A stretch of DNA of 64,000 nt from a phage: the sequence record PZ386957.1; one strand, given 5' to 3'. The notes under the pieces were generated by a model. It saw nothing but the letters and a program-made list of their open reading frames with translations. It searched no databases and had not been told where the DNA came from. Position numbers and translations under genes: made by a program. Positions 1 to 9,632 of this stretch are shown here, one piece after another; within the stretch, counting starts at the first letter, position 1, and every line of letters starts with the position of its first letter.

Positions 1-605
1 TTTGCGGCGTCAATAACAAGTAGTTTCTTGTACGCCTTCATTTTAACACTGTAAGTTTGCCAAATCAAGTCTTTGGCTACCTTGTCGTGTTCGTCGATTA
101 TATTTAGAAAGCTATCTAACAACATAAACGACTCAAACGATATAATCCGATTTTGCAGTAGTTTAAAAATACCGCTTGTTTCGGTTGCGGGATTATATGT
201 AATTAGCTCTTTAAGAGTAACCCCGCGTTTCTCTGAGAAGTATACCAGACTTTTAATGTCATCGTCAAATCGTGTTGCAGCATCAGTGATCTTACCGATA
301 TACTCCATGTAAAATCCGTATGCGTCAACATCAGTGATTTCACCTACCCATGCATCGGTATTAGCTACCAGATTGCTTAGGAATAGGAAGTATAATTCTC
401 TTAGATTGTACTTATCCGCTAATTTCGCGAAATAATACTTATCTCTGCGTTTATTGAATGCGGCATCAGACAACCGCATCCTCCAATTATATTTTACGCA
501 ATCATAACGCCCGTTCATATGAGCTTTCATCATGCAATATAACATATACACAGATTTAGCATTAACTCGCATATCTGGATCTGGAGGAAGACGGTTTCTG
601 ATCAT
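1..605 (-). CDS. 59: gp59 helicase loader (partial; 3' end lies beyond window start)
   Basis: Minus-strand translation from ATG at 605..603 gives MIRNRLPPDPDMRVNAKSVYMLYCMMKAHMNGRYD..., matching remembered T4 gp59 (KSVYKLY...HMNGKYD). Not in ORF track because it runs off the window edge. Confidence 0.8.
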   Translation of the reverse strand, partial: MIRNRLPPDPDMRVNAKSVYMLYCMMKAHMNGRYDCVKYNWRMRLSDAAFNKRRDKYYFAKLADKYNLRELYFLFLSNLVANTDAWVGEITDVDAYGFYMEYIGKITDAATRFDDDIKSLVYFSEKRGVTLKELITYNPATETSGIFKLLQNRIISFESFMLLDSFLNIIDEHDKVAKDLIWQTYSVKMKAYKKLLVIDAA

Positions 606-614
606 ACATACCCC

Positions 615-884
615 TTAAATATCGAGAGTGTTGGTCGGTTCGTCGATCACTCCCTTCCTGAGCGTTCTATTTACTATACATTCTTGTGTGATCTTGTCAA
701 TAATGGACACCGGAATATATTTCTGATAGTGACCATATTCTATAGAGTTTTCCTCTACAAACTGCGTTGTTGCTTCAAGATAAGTCAATCCCTCTTCAAC
801 AACCAGTTTTTCGATTGCAAGACCGTTTGCTGTTTTGTTCGCGGCTTTTACCGCATGTTCATTAAGCATTGAACACCCGATCAT
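615..884 (-). CDS. 33: gp33 late-transcription co-activator
   Basis: ORF track; segment EEGLTYLEATTQFVEENSI...IPVSIIDKI matches remembered T4 gp33; position between 59 and dsbA. True start may differ (overlaps upstream ORF). Confidence 0.75.
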   Translation of the reverse strand: MIGCSMLNEHAVKAANKTANGLAIEKLVVEEGLTYLEATTQFVEENSIEYGHYQKYIPVSIIDKITQECIVNRTLRKGVIDEPTNTLDI

Positions 885-1137
885 AGAGTTCTACCGCCTC
901 GTCGCGTTCTTCTTCGAATTGTTCGCGCTGCTGCTGGTGATACAGCTTAAACAGGATACCCCACATTTTACCGTCTACGCCCAATTCTTCTTTGGCGCGT
1001 TTCTTGATTTCCTTGATCTTATCGCCGTAGGCTTCTTGAATGGTTTTCTGATCGCTGGCTTCTTTAATCAGTTGTGCCAGGGTATTGCCGTGAATAGACT
1101 CGTCGAATACTACTTTATCTGCTTTTTGTTCAGTCAT
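862..1137 (-). CDS. dsbA: DsbA-like small dsDNA-binding protein (by size and synteny)
   Basis: 91 aa ORF directly upstream of gene 33 on minus strand, the T4 dsbA position; no motif independently recognised. Confidence 0.4.
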   Translation of the reverse strand: MTEQKADKVVFDESIHGNTLAQLIKEASDQKTIQEAYGDKIKEIKKRAKEELGVDGKMWGILFKLYHQQQREQFEEERDEAVELYDRVFNA

Positions 1138-1141
1138 AATA

Positions 1142-1744
1142 TTAACCCTCTTTACTAATTAATTGAAAACCACGTTCAGCTTTAGAAATCGTGCTAGGTT
1201 GTAAATCAGCGTTCACATATTCTAGCATCATTTCTCTGATAATGTCAAGTGCTTTTTCGTCACCTGATTTTAATTCGAACTCAAGTTCATAATGAGTATT
1301 AACAGCATCGAATTCACCATATACATCTCCATAGTAGAAATTGTCTTTGCACATTTCTACTATACCATATCCAACATCAAGTGTAAACACCCTGCGATTT
1401 GTCATTACTTGCAATCGCGGTAAAACATTATTGGAGTTTATGTCTAGACCATCAACAAACTTATCAAAATCAGAAAATGTTGAAAATGTAATTTCTTCTC
1501 GGTTGAATAACCCAGATTCACTACCACCAAACTTGACCATGATCAATTCTTTTTCAACGTCAAGTCGTGCGTAAATTCCTTTACGTCGTAGTGCTAGGTC
1601 ATCGGTGTCATAATAAAATTCGTTTTTGGTGTAGGCATTTCTGCTTACAATATGATAACCATCACACATTGCTACCCACGCATCTAATATAGAATCTTCA
1701 CCATCACATGAGCTTGCGTAGTATTTTAATTCAAGTTCTTTCAT
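1142..1744 (-). CDS. CYTH-domain (triphosphate tunnel metalloenzyme / CyaB-like) protein
   Basis: N-terminal ELELK (ExExK) motif, YYDTDDLALRRKGIYARL, and C-terminal LDVGYG...ELEFELK acidic strand pattern typical of CYTH fold; inserted between rnh and dsbA. Confidence 0.55.
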   Translation of the reverse strand: MKELELKYYASSCDGEDSILDAWVAMCDGYHIVSRNAYTKNEFYYDTDDLALRRKGIYARLDVEKELIMVKFGGSESGLFNREEITFSTFSDFDKFVDGLDINSNNVLPRLQVMTNRRVFTLDVGYGIVEMCKDNFYYGDVYGEFDAVNTHYELEFELKSGDEKALDIIREMMLEYVNADLQPSTISKAERGFQLISKEG

Positions 1745-1754
1745 ATGTCAACCC

Positions 1755-2702
1755 TTAGAATTCCCCTATTTTCTGCAACATTTTAACTAACGCATTTGTT
1801 ACAAAATAGTTATAAATTTTACCGCGTGGTGCTGGTTTAGATTTTTCCCATGACTCCAGAATCTGATTCTGGATATTGTCTGGGATCTCGTCAAAGTCAA
1901 TCAACTGACGGTTTTCATCAAATCGGCGTGCTTCTTCCTCTGTCATCAAAGACTTAGGATCTTCGGCATCGAAAATTTGCTCTAACCATTTGGTCGCAAC
2001 TGGTTTAGCTCGTTCACCTTCCAATCGAGAGATAATAAAATCACTACGGCACTTGACAGAAGCTACACCGTCTTTTGCGTCACCCTTAACACATTTTACC
2101 ATAAGGTCTTTGTACGGGCTACCATATTTGCATTTCTTCCATGCTTTTTGTACTGGTGCCCACTGCTTCACATTTTTGTATTTGTGTAACTGAGTGTAGT
2201 CACCGTCGCCGGAGTTAATAAGAACTTGACGTCCTTCAATAGAAAACTTTTTAGTTAATACAGCGATTATATCATCAGCTTCAACTTTGTCAACCTTAAT
2301 AACGTGATAAGGCATGTTTTCTTTAAACTCTTCGGTGATCTTATTGATCGCAGCAAAGATCATATCCCAATCACGCGGATCTGCGTCTCGCTTTTCCTTA
2401 CGGTTGCGCTTGTAATAAGGTGCAATATCGCGTCGCCAGTAACCTTTGCTCGAATCAAATGCAAGTACCGTAATCGGGTATTGCTCTTTGAATTTTGTCA
2501 TATTATAACGCATGGTGTCAAGGATAAGATGACGGATCATGCCTTCACTAATAGGATCTTCCGGTTTAAAGGTATGCGAGATAGTAGCAATCATAAGCTG
2601 TGACATATCAATCAAATGCACACCTTCCGGCAGTTTATCTTCTGGATCATCAAAAAAATCATTAAGTGTAGCGGTAGTTTTTGTAAACGGGTTATACGTC
2701 AT
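1755..2702 (-). CDS. rnh: RNase H (5'-3' exonuclease, FEN-1 family)
   Basis: 315 aa; GYWRRD, YYKRNR, KVEADDIIAVLTKKFS, SGDGDYTQLHKY, VKQWAP, ASVKCRSDF, PRGKIYNYF match remembered T4 RNase H. Confidence 0.92.
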   Translation of the reverse strand: MTYNPFTKTTATLNDFFDDPEDKLPEGVHLIDMSQLMIATISHTFKPEDPISEGMIRHLILDTMRYNMTKFKEQYPITVLAFDSSKGYWRRDIAPYYKRNRKEKRDADPRDWDMIFAAINKITEEFKENMPYHVIKVDKVEADDIIAVLTKKFSIEGRQVLINSGDGDYTQLHKYKNVKQWAPVQKAWKKCKYGSPYKDLMVKCVKGDAKDGVASVKCRSDFIISRLEGERAKPVATKWLEQIFDAEDPKSLMTEEEARRFDENRQLIDFDEIPDNIQNQILESWEKSKPAPRGKIYNYFVTNALVKMLQKIGEF

Positions 2703-2704
2703 AA

Positions 2705-2890
2705 TTAAGTTCTCTCCACTCTCACAACAACATATTCGCCAAACGAGCTAGATACTTCACGGTCATATCCGTACTTCTCCATAACTCGCAGAATTGCATT
2801 GTTTAATTCAGCACGAAAATAATTGTAATCCTTATCGGGGATTCTGTCAACTATCCATTTTGCACCATCTGACAAATCAACTTTAACCAT
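2705..2890 (-). CDS. hypothetical protein (61 aa)
   Basis: ORF track; stop abuts rnh start (2702/2705); no motif recognised. Confidence 0.4.
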   Translation of the reverse strand: MVKVDLSDGAKWIVDRIPDKDYNYFRAELNNAILRVMEKYGYDREVSSSFGEYVVVRVERT

Positions 2891-2925
2891 ATTATCACCC
2901 TCTTATTATTTGTCAAGTCTCATTT

Positions 2926-2933
2926 TATAAATA
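2926..2933 (+). promoter_or_regulatory. late promoter box TATAAATA upstream of gene 34
   Basis: Exact TATAAATA 29 nt upstream of gene 34 ATG, followed by AGGAG RBS. Confidence 0.7.
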
Positions 2934-2961
2934 ATCTCATACTATAACAGGAGATCATATA

Positions 2962-5900
2962 ATGGCAGATTTACTAAGTCAACATTTTAAGGCCACATTT
3001 GGCTTTGATGCTGGTAATGAAAAGGTCGTCAATGTAGCATTGGCTGATAAGAACACTCTCACCGATGCCGTTAACGTTGAATTTTTCAATTACCATAACG
3101 GTATTACGCAGTATGACACAACTCGCGGTTATGATCAATACGGTACTGCAATTTATCAAAACCGTCCTTACTATGCAAAGGAAAACATCGCGAAGCCAGC
3201 GGGAGAATTTGATCCGACTAAATGGCAAGCACTGCGTACTGATCCGCGTTGGGATTACATTGCAGCGACTTCCGGCGATACTCCCCTAAAGTCTGGTGAT
3301 TATATCGCTGCGGATTGCCAATTTGCAAACTTAACATTCTCCATGCCTACTAAGCCAGCCGAAGGCGATACTATAACAGTAAAAGATATCGGTGGCAAGT
3401 GCGGTGTAAACGAATTGTCGTTCCTCGCATCTGGTCATGAGTTCTATCATAATGGCACAGTATACAATAGAAAATGGTATTGCACAACTCCTTATTCGAT
3501 GATGTATTTCATCTTTGCTCGTGGACGTTGGCATGTATACCAGACTGGAACAGAGCCGCGCGGGGTATATGCACAGCCAGCTATTGATCCAATCCAGATG
3601 CAAAACGGAGATCAGGTATTCCGTCGCAGTTCATTAGGTAATATTGTATTGAAATTACCTAAGTTTGCAAATAACGGTGATATCATCAATACCACGGACC
3701 TGGATGGATTGACCGCAACAAATCACGTTACCATCAAGACACACGAAGGAGCGCCGGACCATTCTATTGGTGCAGTCGGTGTAAAAGAGATTGTAGGCAA
3801 ACGTAGTGGTCACGGTGTATTCATCTTTGATATTACTGAAAACTTATGGCGTGTTTGGGATGGTGATCAGTCTGTACGCTTAACGCCTATCGCATCGGAT
3901 ACCCGCTTGCTGCCTAACACGTATGTCGCTGTATTCGGTGATCGCAATGTCACTTTAACATTGCCTACTAACGTAGAGATCGGGGATCGTATTCAGGTCG
4001 CATTACAATACATGCACGGTACACAAACTTGCAAGATTGTAACGTCTGGGGCAGATACCAAAATTTTAATGCAGAAAAACATGCTGCAATTCCCTAAACG
4101 CAGCGAATATCCGTTTAATGGATCTGATACGTGGAAGGAAGTAACAGAGTTATCTTTCAGTGCTGCAACTGATTATGTTCCGTATCTGGAGTTCTCTTAT
4201 TCAGAAGGTGATGACGGTAAAAAACACTGGTTAGTAGCACATGCTCATCCTATCGTAGAACGGGTAGATCCGACTCGTAAAGATCGTGTGGGTGTAATTG
4301 CGCTGGCTACTCAAGACGAAACCAATAAAAACCATGAGCAGAATCCGAGCGACGAAGTAGCTGTTACCCCTCGTGTGTTGGCTAATAAAACCGCAACCGA
4401 AACACGACGCGGTATTGCAAGAATTGCTACGCAAGCAGAAACGCATCAAAATACTGGTTCTAACTTCCTTGATGATGTTATCGTTACACCTAAAAAATTA
4501 AATGATTGTGTTGCTACTGAATCACGTCGTGGTGTGCTGGAAATTGCAACGCAAGCAGAGACTAACGAAGGTTTAGACGATACCCGCGCTATTACTCCTA
4601 AGAAATTAGAAGAACGTCGCGCGAGTGAAACGTTGGCAGGGATTGCGGAAATTATTACGGCTGGCGGTAACGCTGCGGCAGTTCGTGGTCAAGCTGGTTC
4701 CGGTATCTACGATATCAATGACCATGCTAAAATCGTTACTCCCCATAACCTGAATGAAGTTAAAGCGACAGAAACATCTCGCGGTGTAGGTTATCTGGCA
4801 ACTGACGCAGAAGTACAGGGAGCGACCGAAGCAACACCGCAAGATGCATTGTTAATCACTACCCGTACTTTGACTAAGCGTATTGCAACAGAAACGCGCA
4901 CGGGGATCGCGGAAATCGCTACTCAAGCAGAAACCAATCAGGGGCAGCTTGATACCCATATTGTTACGCCGTTAAAACTCAATAACCGTCGTGCAACCGA
5001 AACGCTACATGGTCTAGCAGAAATCGCAACTCAGGTTGAATTTGACACAGGTCGAGATGATGCTCGCATTTCTACCCCATTGAAGATTAAAACCTTCTTT
5101 GAGAATGCACAGCGTTTGAAAGTAGATCCTACTCAGGGGCTTAACCTTACTGGCGATTTGTGGCAAGGTATTACTATTCGCGGTCTGGATGCTGACGAAG
5201 CAACTAAAGGCGTTGCTAAAGTCGCTACTGTCCAGTTAACCGACGCTGGTACTGATGATACCACAATCATTACGCCGAAGAAATTACAAGGTAAAAAAGC
5301 CACTGAAGTTAAAGAAGGTATTATTCGTGTTGGTACTCAAGCCGAAACCGTAGCAGGTATACTGGATGATGTGGCAGTATCGCCGAAGAACTTCAAATAT
5401 GTTGTTCAGGTTGATGACACATGGAAAGCAACGGAAGCGCGTCGCGGTTTTCTGAAAGTATCTACAAAAGAAAACTGTTTTGTTGGTAATGACCTTGCTG
5501 GTTCCACTCAAGCAATTGATCAATATCTGCATGATGGAATCGCAGTTACCCCGCGTGGTTTAAACTATGCACTGGCTAACTTCTTACCTAAAATGGCAAC
5601 CGCTCAGAATAGTTTGAAATTAGGCAACGTAGAAGCCGCTAAATGGGCGCGTAGAGACGTTGATCAGACTATCGAGGCCAATTACACGTTTAAGAAAAAT
5701 ATCAACGTGGAGGGTGATTTAGAGTGCTTAAAATCAGGTACGTTTGAAACACTGTATGTAACCAAAAATTCAACTGACGAGGCGAGCACCGGAAATCTGG
5801 TATTAGGTATCCGTGGTCAAAATGGTCATACCGGAATTGCATTGCATGGCACAACCGGAGATATTGAGAACTCATGGGCTATGCTCGTAGGCGGTACTGG

Positions 5901-6693
5901 TACTGGACAAATTACCAGCCCAACTGCAATTGCTTTCGGTGCGATTAGTGATATAGGGGCAATTGACCATTATGCATTCGCGGTAGAACGTAATGGTGAT
6001 GCGGCAGCATATCAGGACTTTATCGCAGGTCGTAACCTGTATGCTAAACAAGGTGGATTGTACATCGTCGATCACGAAAACGCAGCCATGACTTACTCAG
6101 GCGGTATTCTACATATTGGTCACGGTAAAGTCAATATTAAAGCTGGTTATCAGGAATTGACTACCGAAATCGCCGGACAAAAATATCAAATTGTCCATAA
6201 AGGAAACGCCGACGATGTTCTTGATCGTCAATTCGTCAAGAATGCTGGTGATACTATGGTCGGTAAACTGATTATGGACAATGCCGCAATTGTTTCTGTT
6301 AAGCATGAAGCTAGCGCAGCGACCGCCCCAGCCGTAGGTAATATCGGTTTCTGGAATATGCGCGTTACTACTCCATCAATCCGTGATTCTTATCCTGAAA
6401 AGAAAAACGGTACTTTGATGCAATGGGGTACTGATGCCGATGGTCTTACTCAGATGTGGTCGCCTGATGGTACACACAAACATTATATCCGTTCCGGTAC
6501 TGGTGGTCAATGGTCTGCGTGGGGTGAAATCTACACCAAACAGAACAAGCCTACCGCGCAGGAAATCGGTGCAATGGTTGCTGATGGCGGTTTAACCAAC
6601 TCTATGACCGTTCGAGATTGGGTTAAAATTGGTAACGTGAAAATCGTTGCAAATAACCTTACCCGGACAGTTGATTTTATTTGGGAAGATTAA
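2962..6693 (+). CDS. 34: gp34 long tail fibre proximal subunit
   Basis: 1243 aa; N-terminal NVALADK, repeated TETRRGIARIATQAET / TPKKLN motifs, C-terminal RDWVKIGNVKIV...FIWED as in T4 gp34. Confidence 0.92.
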   Translation: MADLLSQHFKATFGFDAGNEKVVNVALADKNTLTDAVNVEFFNYHNGITQYDTTRGYDQYGTAIYQNRPYYAKENIAKPAGEFDPTKWQALRTDPRWDYIAATSGDTPLKSGDYIAADCQFANLTFSMPTKPAEGDTITVKDIGGKCGVNELSFLASGHEFYHNGTVYNRKWYCTTPYSMMYFIFARGRWHVYQTGTEPRGVYAQPAIDPIQMQNGDQVFRRSSLGNIVLKLPKFANNGDIINTTDLDGLTATNHVTIKTHEGAPDHSIGAVGVKEIVGKRSGHGVFIFDITENLWRVWDGDQSVRLTPIASDTRLLPNTYVAVFGDRNVTLTLPTNVEIGDRIQVALQYMHGTQTCKIVTSGADTKILMQKNMLQFPKRSEYPFNGSDTWKEVTELSFSAATDYVPYLEFSYSEGDDGKKHWLVAHAHPIVERVDPTRKDRVGVIALATQDETNKNHEQNPSDEVAVTPRVLANKTATETRRGIARIATQAETHQNTGSNFLDDVIVTPKKLNDCVATESRRGVLEIATQAETNEGLDDTRAITPKKLEERRASETLAGIAEIITAGGNAAAVRGQAGSGIYDINDHAKIVTPHNLNEVKATETSRGVGYLATDAEVQGATEATPQDALLITTRTLTKRIATETRTGIAEIATQAETNQGQLDTHIVTPLKLNNRRATETLHGLAEIATQVEFDTGRDDARISTPLKIKTFFENAQRLKVDPTQGLNLTGDLWQGITIRGLDADEATKGVAKVATVQLTDAGTDDTTIITPKKLQGKKATEVKEGIIRVGTQAETVAGILDDVAVSPKNFKYVVQVDDTWKATEARRGFLKVSTKENCFVGNDLAGSTQAIDQYLHDGIAVTPRGLNYALANFLPKMATAQNSLKLGNVEAAKWARRDVDQTIEANYTFKKNINVEGDLECLKSGTFETLYVTKNSTDEASTGNLVLGIRGQNGHTGIALHGTTGDIENSWAMLVGGTGTGQITSPTAIAFGAISDIGAIDHYAFAVERNGDAAAYQDFIAGRNLYAKQGGLYIVDHENAAMTYSGGILHIGHGKVNIKAGYQELTTEIAGQKYQIVHKGNADDVLDRQFVKNAGDTMVGKLIMDNAAIVSVKHEASAATAPAVGNIGFWNMRVTTPSIRDSYPEKKNGTLMQWGTDADGLTQMWSPDGTHKHYIRSGTGGQWSAWGEIYTKQNKPTAQEIGAMVADGGLTNSMTVRDWVKIGNVKIVANNLTRTVDFIWED

Positions 6694-6696
6694 TTT

Positions 6697-6716
6697 AAGG
6701 GGGCTTTGCCCCCTTT
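6697..6716 (+). terminator. GC hairpin after gene 34 (weak terminator / attenuator)
   Basis: GGGGGCTTTGCCCCC followed by TTT then GGAG RBS of gene 35. Confidence 0.4.
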
Positions 6717-6725
6717 GGAGTTATT

Positions 6726-7865
6726 ATGTCAGAAGAAATCGAATTGCGCAATACAGGAATTAAATTTGCACATTTTGATCAAGATTCCGTAACATTTAAC
6801 AGCATATCAGAAAACAACTCTGTGATGTATAAGCTGGAAGTGCGCGGATCTAATAGTGATTCGACTAAACCAGCAAGGATCAGATTCAATGGCGTAGAGA
6901 TTACTGGCACTGGCTATCAAGTCGGTTTGAATTTTAAAGTGTTGACTCCAACCGGACAACTCCACGAAGAAAAGATATTCTATGGACGTGGTGCAGCCTT
7001 AGCAATGCGCGATTATCTCAATACCCTGAAAGGGGATTATATCATCGCAATGGCCTCGCATGGTAAATTGACACCTGATCCAGTAAATGATGAAATATTC
7101 AATCGATTAGGATCAGTATCATATCCAAATCATATTCTATTACAACAAATGCCGCAAGTTAGTTATGCAGCAATCTATTCTACTAAAATGGGTAAAGTCG
7201 TTTGTGAAGGTATGCAAGCATCACACGGAGAAGGGCAAGATTCATCTATACAAATAGAGAAAGTCTATGATACAATAGATGATTTGGCAATTACCGGAAT
7301 CCCTCAACGATTCTTAGATTATCCAGTGGAATATGTTAGCGAAGACGCAGAACACTTTGAATTAGTACAATGGCCTAAAAACGAAATATCCGCGCCTATG
7401 ACAGACTTTAATATCAAGGCAGGAGATAAGCTATCTATTTCATTTGAGCTATTCAGAGATGATGCAGCGGCTTCTGCTGGCGTGACCGCAAGGTTCTTCC
7501 ACAATTATTTTCTGGAAGGAACTTATAAAACTGGTGTACGTTACAATGCAACAAAACGCGATCAGTGGGAAAGGTTTGATGCGGTGTATACTGTACCGGA
7601 AGGAGTTGATAGTGTAGTAACTGGCTGTATCCGGTATCCAACTAACTCCAGTGAAGGGATTGTTAAGGTGCGCAATATTCTGATTACCCAGATTAGCGGA
7701 GTAGTCAAAACCGATGGTCCTACTTCCTTTGGTGTTAACGGTGTTAGAACTACAAGCATTCAAGATAACGGTGACTTCACTAATCCGGTTATGAGTCTGC
7801 TTAAATTACCGCGAGACAACAAACATCTTACTTCCAATAACTTTAAAGAATTTGATGTTGATTAA
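6726..7865 (+). CDS. 35: gp35 tail fibre hinge protein
   Basis: 379 aa ORF between 34 and 36, T4 gp35 size and position. Confidence 0.7.
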   Translation: MSEEIELRNTGIKFAHFDQDSVTFNSISENNSVMYKLEVRGSNSDSTKPARIRFNGVEITGTGYQVGLNFKVLTPTGQLHEEKIFYGRGAALAMRDYLNTLKGDYIIAMASHGKLTPDPVNDEIFNRLGSVSYPNHILLQQMPQVSYAAIYSTKMGKVVCEGMQASHGEGQDSSIQIEKVYDTIDDLAITGIPQRFLDYPVEYVSEDAEHFELVQWPKNEISAPMTDFNIKAGDKLSISFELFRDDAAASAGVTARFFHNYFLEGTYKTGVRYNATKRDQWERFDAVYTVPEGVDSVVTGCIRYPTNSSEGIVKVRNILITQISGVVKTDGPTSFGVNGVRTTSIQDNGDFTNPVMSLLKLPRDNKHLTSNNFKEFDVD

Positions 7866-7869
7866 CCAA

Positions 7870-7900
7870 AAAGCCGATCCTTGTGGTCGGCTTAATTTTT
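7870..7900 (+). terminator. rho-independent terminator after gene 35
   Basis: AAGCCGATCC-TTG-TGGTCGGCTT hairpin followed by AATTTTTAT. Confidence 0.65.
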
Positions 7901-8030
7901 ATGGGAATGGTTAAAACTTAACCAAAACGGTGATCTTTATTATCCTGAAAGATACACGTTTGATTAATAATTAATCATCAAACAAATAGTGCCTCCGGCA
8001 CTCGCGAAGCGATAATTTTTTACTTAATTT

Positions 8031-8038
8031 TATAAATA
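8031..8038 (+). promoter_or_regulatory. late promoter box TATAAATA upstream of gene 36
   Basis: Exact TATAAATA about 33 nt upstream of gene 36 ATG, with GAGGAAAT RBS. Confidence 0.7.
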
Positions 8039-8070
8039 CTCAGTATTATAACTAGATTTGAGGAAATCTT

Positions 8071-9561
8071 ATGGCAGATTTGAAACATGGATCTACAGTT
8101 GGTGGATCACCGATTTGGACTCAAGGTAACTTGACAATCCAACCAGCGGGAGATCAACTATTCTATAAAGGTCATAAAATATACACTGCTTCCGACCGAC
8201 CTTCTGCTGGTGATGTTGATTCGGTTAGTGCTACCGAAGGTGGTACATTTCAAAGACCAGTTCATTTCAATGAAGGATTGAGTGTAGGTAGCGCATCGGC
8301 AGGTGAGACAAAAAAGAACGGATTATTCCCCGGTCAAAGCGATGCTGCTAATTTTGACGGTGTAAGTTGGGGTTTGCATTCATGGAAGTCAATTGGCTTT
8401 GTAAATGCCCGTGATGGCGTTATAATGGCATATATTGACACAACCACAGGTGATTTTAATACTAAAGGTTCCATTAATGGTGTAAACGTCAAAGACTCAG
8501 GTCAACGCGTCTATAGTCCGGTTAATAAGCCGACAAATAATGATTTGGATTTAGTTTCTCGTCGCGGTGATACTCTCACCGGAACTTATAATCTAAACAC
8601 TGTTACCGTTAAATTGTCTGTTGATTCTAAATTGGTGGCGAGAGATCGTGATTTAATTAACTTTGATGCAAGCAAGATTTATTATGGGAATACCGTAGAT
8701 TCTTTGGTATTCCGTAGTAAAGCAGAGCCATTAATTTATGTTAATGGTAAAGAAGGTAAATTCTATCACACCAATAATAAACCGACTAAGGCCGACGTTG
8801 GTCTAGGTAATGTCACCAATGATGCACAGGTTAAGCGTGCCGGTGATATCATGGAAGGTAATTTGCAAGCGCCTAGAATGTTGGCTACAAATGATCCGGC
8901 TGGTCCTAATGAACTAGTTAGATTAAGCTATTTTGAGAAAAAATCAATGGTAGCCAATCCAACGATCATCGGTACTGCTGATTGGAATACACTTATTGAC
9001 CGTGGTATCTATCGTGTAGAGAATGCTGGTTCTGGTACTAATATACCCTCAGATAGTTATTACTATGGGGTGTTAATGATCTATCGACCAGAAGATGCAA
9101 CGGGAACTCGTCGAATTGTTCAAGTTTATTACCCAGAGTCGATTAATCATCCGGTTTGTTGGCGTTCTTGTTCTGGTACTTCGTGGACTGCATGGAACTA
9201 TGTAGATCACCGTAAATTGGCTGATGCTCGCTATGTTAATGTTACTGGCGATAAGATGTCTGGTGCTTTATCTGTTCCTGCTGGGAATGGTGTTCGTACT
9301 ATAAGCACTAACTATAACGGTGATAACTATTACGTTGGTCTTAATAGCTTAGACGGCGTTGCTATGATCGAGCGGGTGAGCGACCTTAAGGCAAAAGAGC
9401 GTTTAGGTATTACTCATGATTCTAAGATTGTATTTGTTCGTTCTAAGAACAACACACAAACACAAGAAACATTAGAATTATATCATGAAGGCCATAAACC
9501 TACTCCTGCCGAAGTTGGCGCTGTTCCGCTTAACGCAGTAATTGATTTCGGTACTTTCTAA
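8071..9561 (+). CDS. 36: gp36 tail fibre protein (enlarged, 496 aa)
   Basis: N-terminus MADLKHGSTVGGSPIWTQGN...PAGD resembles T4 gp36 N-terminus; position between 35 and 37. Confidence 0.75.
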   Translation: MADLKHGSTVGGSPIWTQGNLTIQPAGDQLFYKGHKIYTASDRPSAGDVDSVSATEGGTFQRPVHFNEGLSVGSASAGETKKNGLFPGQSDAANFDGVSWGLHSWKSIGFVNARDGVIMAYIDTTTGDFNTKGSINGVNVKDSGQRVYSPVNKPTNNDLDLVSRRGDTLTGTYNLNTVTVKLSVDSKLVARDRDLINFDASKIYYGNTVDSLVFRSKAEPLIYVNGKEGKFYHTNNKPTKADVGLGNVTNDAQVKRAGDIMEGNLQAPRMLATNDPAGPNELVRLSYFEKKSMVANPTIIGTADWNTLIDRGIYRVENAGSGTNIPSDSYYYGVLMIYRPEDATGTRRIVQVYYPESINHPVCWRSCSGTSWTAWNYVDHRKLADARYVNVTGDKMSGALSVPAGNGVRTISTNYNGDNYYVGLNSLDGVAMIERVSDLKAKERLGITHDSKIVFVRSKNNTQTQETLELYHEGHKPTPAEVGAVPLNAVIDFGTF

Positions 9562-9565
9562 TTTT

Positions 9566-9591
9566 AGCGGGGATTCTTTCCCCGCTTTTTC
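9566..9591 (+). terminator. rho-independent terminator after gene 36
   Basis: AGCGGGGA-TTCTTT-CCCCGCT followed by TTTTT. Confidence 0.65.
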
Positions 9592-9632
9592 TAAATAATA
9601 CTATTCTAATAACTGTTTAAGGATTTTATAAA

